This document shows, in pieces, positions 18,656 to 25,714 of a stretch of 25,714 bases of DNA (positions within the stretch are counted from its first letter, which is position 1; every line of letters begins with the position of its first letter). The DNA comes from Candidatus Latescibacterota bacterium (lineage in GTDB: Bacteria > Latescibacterota > UBA2968 > GCA-2709665), in assembly GCA_963662665.2 (NCBI GenBank), contig CAXXJS010000027.1, positions 1 to 25,714 of the forward strand, read 5' to 3'. The translations under genes and the position numbers were made by a program. The notes below the pieces were generated by a model that made no database searches, had not been told where the DNA came from, and worked only from the letters and a program-made list of their open reading frames with translations.

Positions 18656-19357
18656 ATGACTTTGCTCTTTCTATTGCCGGTTTTGTGCTTCCTGATCGTC
18701 CTTGCGCCCGTGCGTCTGTGGGCGCGAGGCCACAATGGCTCGGGGCGGGGGCCAATCCTGGAAATCCGCTTGAGACCGTGGATCGGTCTGGTGGGTATCC
18801 GGCTTTTCTGCGCTGACGGAGGTTGGCGTGTTGGCGCGCTTCTGGGATGGTGGACAGTGTGGGCTGCGCCATTGAGAGAGGGAAAAAGCAGGAAAAAGAA
18901 AAAACGGGGACACGGCGCGAGGGACAAGGCGGAAGGGGACGTTTCTACCGTGTTTTCGGCAAGAGTTGAACGGTTCGTACGGACCGTACAGCGGCTGAGG
19001 ATGCTGTCATTGCCCCTGCGGCGTTCTGCGTTACGATTTCTGAAAGGTTTCCGTCTTCGCCGCATCAAATGCAAGGTAACGTTCGGCGCATCTGATCCGG
19101 CCACGACCGGGCAGATTTACGGATACTTTATGGCCGCTTCGTCTCTCGTCGGTGCAACAGGAAGCGTCGACGTGACACCCGATTTCAAAACACGGCGTCT
19201 GGACGGGGAAGCCCGGGTGGAAATACGGATTTATCCCCACAGGCTCTTATCGGCATCCGTTTACCTGGGATGGCGCGTTGCACTTGCGTGGTTTTCGGAA
19301 CGGCGCAACCGGAACCGGCCTGAGGAAAACATTGTTGGCGCCGGCGCGACGGGTTGA
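18656..19357 (+). CDS. DUF2953 (YtfI-like) membrane-anchored protein
   Basis: N-terminal hydrophobic anchor ending LAPVRL, a basic linker, the motif FGASDPATTGQIYG...VTPDF, and adjacency to a YtfJ/GerW gene. Confidence 0.75.
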   Translation: MTLLFLLPVLCFLIVLAPVRLWARGHNGSGRGPILEIRLRPWIGLVGIRLFCADGGWRVGALLGWWTVWAAPLREGKSRKKKKRGHGARDKAEGDVSTVFSARVERFVRTVQRLRMLSLPLRRSALRFLKGFRLRRIKCKVTFGASDPATTGQIYGYFMAASSLVGATGSVDVTPDFKTRRLDGEARVEIRIYPHRLLSASVYLGWRVALAWFSERRNRNRPEENIVGAGATG

Positions 19358-19378
19358 GCGGGCAGTTATGGAGGTACT

Positions 19379-19780
19379 ATGTCGGTTGAGGATCTAATCA
19401 GGACAATGATGACGGAATTCCGTCAAATCGTCAAGACGGAGACGGTAGTGGGGGAGCCTATTGACATAGGGGGGACAGTTGTGGTGCCCGTTTCCAGGAT
19501 TTCGTTCGGGTTCGGCGCGGGCGGAGGCGCGGACAAGTCGGACGGGGGCGGAAGCGGCACGGGAGGCGGGGCATCCGTGGAGCCCCTTGCATTCGTTGTG
19601 ATTCGAGACGGCAAGGCCCAGATTCTGCCCGTGCAGGAAAAAGAAGGGTCCATTAAAGGGTTGTTGGATTTGGCGCCGGACCTTCTGGCGAAGGCGAAGG
19701 CATTCAAAGAGAAGAGAGATCGAAAGAAAGCAGAGGTGGATGCCGATGCCGGTTCCGGCGATGACGACGTAAGCGCTTAG
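19379..19780 (+). CDS. GerW/YtfJ family protein
   Basis: VKTETVVGEPI, VVPVSRISFGFGAGGG and GSGTGGGASVEPLAFVVI motifs; GGAGG RBS. Confidence 0.88.
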   Translation: MSVEDLIRTMMTEFRQIVKTETVVGEPIDIGGTVVVPVSRISFGFGAGGGADKSDGGGSGTGGGASVEPLAFVVIRDGKAQILPVQEKEGSIKGLLDLAPDLLAKAKAFKEKRDRKKAEVDADAGSGDDDVSA

Positions 19781-19792
19781 GCCGGGGCAGCC

Positions 19793-21022
19793 ATGAACCG
19801 GCTTCTGCTTTTAATTCCAACAACAACCTATCGTACCCGCGACTTTATGGCAGCGGCGTCGAAGCTCGGCGTATCCGTCGTCGTAGGGTCCGAACGCAGC
19901 CAGGCGCTGTGGAGTCAGACCCCGGGAAGTACGCTGACGCTTGACTTCACGGAGCCTGCAGCATCGGTCGCGACGATTGTCGCCTTTTCAAAGGCGTACC
20001 CCATCCGGTCTGTAGTGGGCGTGGACGACGAGACCGTCGTGCTCGCCGCGATGGCGTGCAGCGCGCTCGGACTTCCACACAATGAGGTGACGTCGGTCCG
20101 GGCGTCCCGGTACAAACACGTGATGCGTCAGTTGCTTGCAGAAAAAGGCCTGCCCTCGCCCGGGTTCAGGCTTTTTTCATTTTCGGACAAACCGGAAACC
20201 GTCGCCCCGACGGTCGACTATCCGTGCGTGCTGAAGCCCGTGTTCCTGTCCGGCAGCCGGGGTGTGATCCGCGCAAACGAAGAAGCGGATTTCGTGACCG
20301 CTTTCGACCGGATTCGGCGGCTGATTTCGGAATCTGTACATGAGGCGCCCGAAGGCGGAGATTGTATTCTCGTGGAGGACTACATTCCCGGCCGGGAAGT
20401 CGCGCTGGAGGGATTGCTGGTTGATGGAGAACTCCGGACGCTCGCCATTTTCGACAAACCCGATCCGCTCCACGGCCCTTATTTTGCCGAGACGTTTTAC
20501 GTTACGCCCTCCCGGCTTTCCGAATGCCGGCAGGCGCAGATCCGCGAGACCGCGCAGGCGGCCGCGCGCGCGCTGGGGTTGTGCGTGGGGCCCGTACACG
20601 CCGAGCTTCGGCTGAACCCGCGTGGCATCTACGTGGTGGAAATCGCCGCGCGGTCAATCGGCGGTCTGTGTTCGCGGATATTGCGTTTTGGCGCCCGTAT
20701 GTCTCTGGAGGAATTGATTCTGCGCCAGGCAACCGGTTACGCTCCCGGCGATTTGAGGAGGGAAGAAACCGCGGCTGGCGTAATGATGCTGCCGGTGCCA
20801 GAGGCGGGGATACTGCAATGCGTGAGGGGGGTGGCACGCGCACGGCGCGTGCCCGGAATCATCGACGTGGTGATTACCGTTCCTCAGGGCCAGCACGTAC
20901 AACCGCTGCCTGAAGGTGACAGGTATCTGGGGTTCATCTTCGCCCGCAAGAAGACATCCGGGGAGGTGGAAGCGGTGCTTCGCGAGGCATACCGACGGCT
21001 CCGAGTTGTGATTGAGGGATGA
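19793..21022 (+). CDS. ATP-grasp enzyme, L-amino-acid-ligase-like
   Basis: YKHVMR, YPCVLKPVFLSGSRGV, LVEDYIPGREVALEG, HAELR and EIAARSIGG motifs, with a C-terminal LAL-type domain (YLGFIFAR). Confidence 0.88.
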   Translation: MNRLLLLIPTTTYRTRDFMAAASKLGVSVVVGSERSQALWSQTPGSTLTLDFTEPAASVATIVAFSKAYPIRSVVGVDDETVVLAAMACSALGLPHNEVTSVRASRYKHVMRQLLAEKGLPSPGFRLFSFSDKPETVAPTVDYPCVLKPVFLSGSRGVIRANEEADFVTAFDRIRRLISESVHEAPEGGDCILVEDYIPGREVALEGLLVDGELRTLAIFDKPDPLHGPYFAETFYVTPSRLSECRQAQIRETAQAAARALGLCVGPVHAELRLNPRGIYVVEIAARSIGGLCSRILRFGARMSLEELILRQATGYAPGDLRREETAAGVMMLPVPEAGILQCVRGVARARRVPGIIDVVITVPQGQHVQPLPEGDRYLGFIFARKKTSGEVEAVLREAYRRLRVVIEG

Positions 21023-21080
21023 GAAAGGGGCAATTCATCGGGTGGAGCCGTGAACGGCGCGACCGGAACCAACTTTCTTC

Positions 21081-21233
21081 TGTTCTGTCCCGGAAATAAG
21101 TTGCCTGAATTCGACCGCCTGGTCGCCCGGTCCGCAAGGCGCCACCGACCTGCGTAAGGTCGGCGAGCGAGGGGAACGTAGCGAGACGGGATGAATCGGC
21201 GGTTGAGTGGTGAGGAATCCTTGGGACAAAACA
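21081..21233. mobile_element. MITE/REP-like structured element between convergent genes
   Basis: Terminal IRs TGTTCTGTCCC (21081-21091) / GGGACAAAACA (21223-21233, 1 mismatch). Inner stem TTCGACCGCC (21110-21119) / GGCGGTTGAG (21198-21207, two G-U pairs). Core CAAGGCG (21135-21141), hairpin CCGACCT-GCGTA-AGGTCGG, then AACGTAG (21175-21181). Confidence 0.6.
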
Positions 21234-21247
21234 CCAGGTCCTTCCGA

Positions 21248-22708
21248 TCACACAAGAGCGAACTGCTCTTCGGTTGGTTCCGCTCAGCAATACCACGGCT
21301 CGGTGAGGCGCGGAAGGGGGATGCGGGTCGAATCTGCATCGGAATTCCGGACTGGCGCCGGTCGGCCCATCATGTCGTAAACATGCGATCTGATCCCGTG
21401 GAAGATCTCCCGTCGCGCCGCGTTTCGGTTCTGAAGGCGTGCGACCAACCCGGTAAGTTCGCACTGGAGCCGGTCCAAACGGACGTCCGGATGCGCCCAC
21501 GGGTAAGACAGGGCTTCCGGTTCGAAGGGCCCCACCAGGTCGCGAACCTGGGCGAGGTCGAGGAGCCTCGATCCCCCGGGGATGAGCAGGCGGATGGTGA
21601 GTTGCACGGGAGAGATATGTTCGATCAGGTCCAGGTCGGCAAGGCTGTCCAGGAAGCCGGCATACCCCTTCATCGTTATCCAGGGCGTGAACGGTATGAA
21701 CGTCGGATTCATGACGAGTCGGTGTTTCCTGAATAGGTGTACGACCTCGAAGAAATCGTCTACCGTATGGCCCTTGTCCAACAGCGAGAGGACACGGTCG
21801 TCGAGGGACTCAACGGCGGTCGTCACGAGTGCGCAGCCGGTGTCACGGAGGCGGGGCAGATAACGGCGGTACTTCAGCAGATGTTCGACTTTGACGGTGA
21901 TATCGTACGTCACATCGGGAAACTCCGCGTGGAGCTTTTCAACCAGAGGCAAGGCGTGGCCGATGCCGTTGAAGAAGTCGGGATCGCCGAACGTGATGTG
22001 GCCGGCCCCTGCAGCAACTTGCTTCCCAATGTCTACCAGCACGATTTCCGGTTGCACGATGCGAAATCTGCCCCGGTACACGGGCACCACCGGGCAATGG
22101 CGACAGAGATGTTTGCAGCCCCGGCTGGCCTCTGTATAGCCGACGGTTTTCAGGCGGCCGTCACCGGTGGACAGACGCGCGTAACGGGACAGGTCCGGTA
22201 GGCCTCTCCTGTCGGGCGGCCGAAACCGCTGTCTGTCGAGTGAAACAACGGTTTCGTCCAGGTTTCCAGCAGTGATCGAGGCCCCTCGGAGGCGGTTGCA
22301 TAGTTGAAGCAGGCCGTCTTCGAATTCACCCCCGAGTATGGTCTGCGCGCCCAGGCTTCTAAGGAAAGTTTCGTTGACTGAGGCGTAAAGACCATAGAAA
22401 CAGAGGTGCGTGTCGGCATTCTGTTTTCGCGTCCTCAGTGCAAGCGGTACGGCAAGACGGGTCGCGGTATGCATCGGCACGTAAAATGCAACCATGTCGG
22501 CGTTGCGAACGGCCTCGTCAGGGAAGTTCTCTATTGAAACGTCCGCCAGGACAACGTCGATGCCCGCCCGCCGCAACCAGCCAGCCGGCGAGGCCAAACC
22601 GAATGGCTGACGACCCAATTCATAGGTGGACACCAGAACGACATTGAACGGACGCGAACCGGAAGTGGCAGGCAACGGTATTTGGTCCCTGAAAAATACG
22701 GCAGACAC
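21248..22708 (-). CDS. CUAEP/CCAEP-tail radical SAM selenoprotein (UGA at 21286-21284 read as Sec); 486 aa
   Basis: CxxxCxxC motif RGCKHLCRHC, N-terminal B12-binding-like domain (STYELGRQPFGLAS) and ITFGDPDF. After PRLTEPWYC the sequence continues TGA GCG GAA CCA ACC GAA GAG CAG TTC GCT CTT GTG TGA, i.e. U-AEPTEEQFALV-stop. The exact start codon is uncertain. Confidence 0.88.
21254..21270 (-). promoter_or_regulatory. Candidate bacterial SECIS hairpin
   Basis: In the mRNA: UGA, 13 nt, then AAGAGC-AGUUC-GCUCUU (perfect 6-bp stem, 5-nt loop with G at loop position 2 followed by U). The loop begins 19 nt after the UGA. Confidence 0.65.
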
Positions 22709-22750
22709 CGGGCGTAACCCGGTAAGTCTGCCGTTTGTTGTATGAGGTCG

Positions 22751-23335
22751 TTATTTTGAGGACTGGTAATACGGGTTCGCGCCATCCGCGTGTTCGGTCA
22801 CGTCGAGAATTTCTTCAATTTCGGGCACGGCCTCCTTAATGAGGACTTCGACACCCTGCTTGAGCGTCACGTCCACCATACCGCAACCCTGGCATCCGCC
22901 GCCGAACTGGACGAACGCCTTGTTGTCTCTTACATCGATCAGCGAAATATGACCGCCGTGCATGGCCACGCTCGGGTTGATCTTCTCGTCGATAATGTTC
23001 TGGATTTTCTCGGCCGTGGTGCCTTTCAGGTGATGGGGTACCTTATTGGGATTTTCAATCTTGAACCCTCTCCCCATCAGGCCGTCCACAAAGTCCAGGG
23101 TGATGTCCTCGGCATACGGAGCGCTATCCGGGTCCACGTAAACGTTAAACCCCTCGAACGGCGTGACGTCGTCGTCGGCTTCTTCCTGTCCGCTGGCGAC
23201 GAAGGCGAGTCGGTAGTTGGCCTGTAGAGGTGATACCGCCTCGGCCTTGACACGAACGCCAACGATCGCCGATTCCTGGTTCCGTATCAGGTTGACAACC
23301 TCCTTCTGCGCGGCTTCGGTTACGGTGATTTTCAT
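22751..23335 (-). CDS. nfuA: Fe-S biogenesis protein NfuA (degenerate A-type domain plus NifU-C domain)
   Basis: ITVTEAA...LDFVDGLMGRGFKIENPN N-domain lacking Cys, then INPSVAMHGG, FGGGCQGCGMVDVTLKQGVE and DVTEHADGANPYY. Confidence 0.88.
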   Translation of the reverse strand: MKITVTEAAQKEVVNLIRNQESAIVGVRVKAEAVSPLQANYRLAFVASGQEEADDDVTPFEGFNVYVDPDSAPYAEDITLDFVDGLMGRGFKIENPNKVPHHLKGTTAEKIQNIIDEKINPSVAMHGGHISLIDVRDNKAFVQFGGGCQGCGMVDVTLKQGVEVLIKEAVPEIEEILDVTEHADGANPYYQSSK

Positions 23336-23375
23336 TTCGACCTTCCCTTAAATAAGATGTGCATTGCCAGGGCGG

Positions 23376-23870
23376 TCAGGACTCAAGCGCCACGATAGGC
23401 TTTGCAGGATGTTCCCGGTCTATTTTTTCCTGGATCTTCATCAGCGCAGACAGCAGGTCCTCGGGTCGCGGCGGACAGCCGGGCACGTAGATATCAACGG
23501 GCAGGAATTGATCGACGCCCTGTACCAGCGTATACGTATTGAAAACGCCTCCGGACGATGCGCATGCGCCCATCGAAATCACCCATTTGGGATCCGGCAT
23601 CTGATCGTAGATTTTCTTGAGTACAGGCATCATCTTAATCGATATACGGCCTGACACGATGAGCAGGTCGGACTGGCGGGGCGAGAACCGCACGGCTTCC
23701 GCGCCGAAGCGGGCCATATCGAAACGCCCTGAAAGCGTAGCCATCATTTCGATGGCGCAGCAGGCCGTGCCGAACGGCATTGGCCAGAGGGATGACTTGC
23801 GCGCCCAGTTAATCATTTTGGATAGCGTTGTGGTAACAACGTTGTCGCCAAGTCCCGTCTCAAGTCCCAT
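23376..23870 (-). CDS. nuoB: NADH-quinone oxidoreductase subunit B-like protein (stand-alone)
   Basis: [45 protein letters not shown] and [13 protein letters not shown] motifs. All four N2-cluster cysteines are present. Confidence 0.92.
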   Translation of the reverse strand: MGLETGLGDNVVTTTLSKMINWARKSSLWPMPFGTACCAIEMMATLSGRFDMARFGAEAVRFSPRQSDLLIVSGRISIKMMPVLKKIYDQMPDPKWVISMGACASSGGVFNTYTLVQGVDQFLPVDIYVPGCPPRPEDLLSALMKIQEKIDREHPAKPIVALES

Positions 23871-23976
23871 TGTTCGCCCTCACAGAATGGTTGAATTCGT
23901 CCCCTGATGAGTTGAACGTCCGCGGCGGTGAATCTCCGGCAGTCTTTCCGGCCGGTCGCGCGTCGCGGGCAGCATG

Positions 23977-24456
23977 CTAACCCGATACCTGAATCAGTTC
24001 CTCCGTCACGTTCCGTAAACAGGCATCCATGGCCTGTTCTTCGCCCAGCAGGTCATCAAGTGTAACGCGGCTCAGCATCCGATCGATAATGGATTGCACC
24101 GAAGTCCAGAGCGACCGGATGGAGCAATCGACGGAGTGCGTACACAGTTCTCCCCGGCCGGCGTGTTCATCGCAGAATTCGGGACTGAACAGGCGACCGC
24201 CAAGCGCTCCCAGTACATCGCCAACCACAATCAGGTCGGCCGATTTCGCGAGTCGGTACCCACCGGACTGACCACGGACGCTTTCAACGAATCCCCCCAT
24301 GCGCAGCAGGCGCATCAGCTTTGCGACATTTGGGATGGAAAGGCCTTCTATCTGGCTGATTTCCGGAATGGAAAGGCCGTCGCCGGTTTCTTTCTGCCGC
24401 CGGCCGATCTGAAGCAGGCACCGAAGCCCGTATTCTTCCCCTGCGCTCAGTTTCAT
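23977..24456 (-). CDS. Rrf2-family transcriptional regulator (Fe-S sensing, IscR-like)
   Basis: MKLSAGEEYGLRCL start (ATG 24456), wHTH wing VESVRGQSGGYRLA, Cys cluster C-x9-C-x5-C followed by SIRSLW, and VTLDDL. Confidence 0.88.
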   Translation of the reverse strand: MKLSAGEEYGLRCLLQIGRRQKETGDGLSIPEISQIEGLSIPNVAKLMRLLRMGGFVESVRGQSGGYRLAKSADLIVVGDVLGALGGRLFSPEFCDEHAGRGELCTHSVDCSIRSLWTSVQSIIDRMLSRVTLDDLLGEEQAMDACLRNVTEELIQVSG

Positions 24457-24594
24457 GGAACTATCGAATTCCCGGACGGGTTGTCGTCTGGTTGATTGAA
24501 CCTGTTCGGCCAACGGCGCTACAGATGCTTGGAGACAGCGTTTTCGAACGCCACTCACGATAAAAGAACGTGGCGGCTCGTTTACGGATGCCGG

Positions 24595-25107
24595 CTATAG
24601 CAGCCCAAGCTCAAGTCTTGCCGCTTCGGACATCATCTCAGGGTTCCACGGCGGGTCGAAGGTCAGATCCAGGTTCACGTCTCGGACACCGGAAACCGAA
24701 CGTGTGGCGCTTTCCACCTGTCCTGGCAGGATGCCCGCGGCCGGACAGGCGGGGGAGGTGAGGGTCATCTGGACGTAGGTCATCCCCGTGGGTTCAACGT
24801 TGATTTCGTAAATCAGGCCGATATCGTAAATATTGACCGGAATTTCCGGGTCGAAGACCGTGCGATGGGCGGCGATAATATTCTCTCTGATGGCCTTTGT
24901 GTCAATCGGATCGCCGGATTCGTCTGCAGTCTCGCGCGCTTCGGCCATATCCTGTTTTTCTTCATCGCGTCTGGCGGCGTGCGTTTCCAGCGCGCTCGCG
25001 TCCACGGGCTTCGCATCCTCTGTCGTGTTGGAATTCGACGGGTCTTTTCGATGCGGATCGTTTTCATTGTCGTTCTTGTAAAGGCGGTTTAAAAGTCGTT
25101 CAAGCAA
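24595..25107 (-). CDS. sufT: SUF system DUF59/MIP18 (SufT/PaaD-like) Fe-S maturation protein
   Basis: VFDPEIPVNIYDIGLIYEI, MTLTSPACP and FDPPWNPEMMSEAARLELG motifs; TTG start with GGAGG RBS. Confidence 0.85.
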   Translation of the reverse strand: MLERLLNRLYKNDNENDPHRKDPSNSNTTEDAKPVDASALETHAARRDEEKQDMAEARETADESGDPIDTKAIRENIIAAHRTVFDPEIPVNIYDIGLIYEINVEPTGMTYVQMTLTSPACPAAGILPGQVESATRSVSGVRDVNLDLTFDPPWNPEMMSEAARLELGLL

Positions 25108-25130
25108 GATGGATTCCTCCCGATGGACGC

Positions 25131-25583
25131 CTACTCGGTGGTCACCGGCAACTCGCGGTCTTCAAGTGCGGCCAGGAGCGTATGCCATGACAGGGTTGCG
25201 CATTTGATGCGCATAGGGAACTCTCTCACGCCTGCGAAGACGGCCAGTTTTCCGATGCCGTCGGTGACGGGTCGGGTAGAAACGTCACTGGTGACCAGGT
25301 CGTGAAACTTTCCGAAGAGCGCCTGGGTTTCTTGAAGGCTCCGTCCCTTGACCGCATCGGTCATCAGGGAAGCCGAAGCCTTGGAAATGGCGCACCCCGC
25401 TCCTTGAAAAGCGATATCCGCGATGCGGTCGCCGTCGAGATTGACGTAGAGGCTCAAATGATCGCCGCACAACGGGTTGTGTCCGTGGGACGTTCGATCC
25501 GCGGGGGACATGGACCGGTAGTTGCGCGGACTCCGATTGTGGTCGAGAATGACCTGCTGGTAGAGTTCCCGGAGGTCGGACAT
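25131..25583 (-). CDS. sufU: SUF system NifU-family sulfur-transfer/scaffold protein
   Basis: LYQQVILDH, NPLCGD, GCAISKASASLM and PMRIKCATLSW motifs. Confidence 0.93.
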   Translation of the reverse strand: MSDLRELYQQVILDHNRSPRNYRSMSPADRTSHGHNPLCGDHLSLYVNLDGDRIADIAFQGAGCAISKASASLMTDAVKGRSLQETQALFGKFHDLVTSDVSTRPVTDGIGKLAVFAGVREFPMRIKCATLSWHTLLAALEDRELPVTTE

Positions 25584-25714
25584 CAGCAGAATACCTCATT
25601 GGCCGTGCGCAGCGCCTGCGCGAGTATGTCGATGTCTTCCCGTGTATTGTAAAACGCCGTGGCCGCCCGCGTCGTCGCGGGAATGTTGAAATGGCGCATG
25701 ACGGGTTGGGCGCA
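25583..25714 (-). CDS. sufS: Cysteine desulfurase SufS, C-terminal 43 aa (5' part outside the window)
   Basis: Manual translation CAQPVMRHFNIPATTRAATAFYNTREDIDILAQALRTANEVFC-stop matches the SufS (HH)CAQP...RAS...YNT tail. TGATG overlap with the sufU start. Confidence 0.88.
   Translation of the reverse strand, partial: CAQPVMRHFNIPATTRAATAFYNTREDIDILAQALRTANEVFC

Noticed and set aside
25560-25590. sufS ends ...VFC-TGA, superficially another Cys-Sec pair
   Set aside because: SufS normally ends here, the TGA overlaps the sufU ATG (TGATG coupling), and read-through gives a Ser/Thr-rich out-of-frame sequence.
1-25714. tRNA (including tRNA-Sec), rRNA, CRISPR arrays, transposases, integrases
   Set aside because: No cloverleaf, repeat-spacer array or recombinase/transposase motifs seen by eye. 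A tRNAscan-SE/Infernal run would be needed to exclude small RNAs formally.

Overview
A GC-rich bacterial window, densely coding, with about 24 genes. The gene content resembles Latescibacterota/Poribacteria/Planctomycetota-like lineages; this taxonomy is inference only. Left part (0.4-9.9 kb): a DUF6785/DUF6784-type polytopic membrane protein broken by a single +1 frameshift, a NitT/TauT-type ABC transporter split across two convergent transcription units, a small LecA/PA-IL-like lectin, two glycoside-hydrolase-like proteins and a sugar-phosphate isomerase/epimerase. Middle (10.1-18.5 kb): an atypical gamma-glutamyltransferase-family protein, aspC, a DUF3604/PHP metallohydrolase, an SDR, an Eis-like GNAT and a convergent phospho-sugar mutase. 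Right part (18.6-25.7 kb): a DUF2953-GerW/YtfJ-ATP-grasp operon converging on the tail of a minus-strand suf operon (sufS partial, sufU, sufT, Rrf2, orphan nuoB, nfuA). That operon ends in a radical SAM gene whose apparent TGA stop reads best as selenocysteine (tail ...EPWYC-U-AEPTEEQFALV, followed by a SECIS-like hairpin). Two diverged MITE/REP-like structured elements share a CAAGGCG...AACG(C/T)AG core. All family assignments come from motif recognition by eye; no searches were run.
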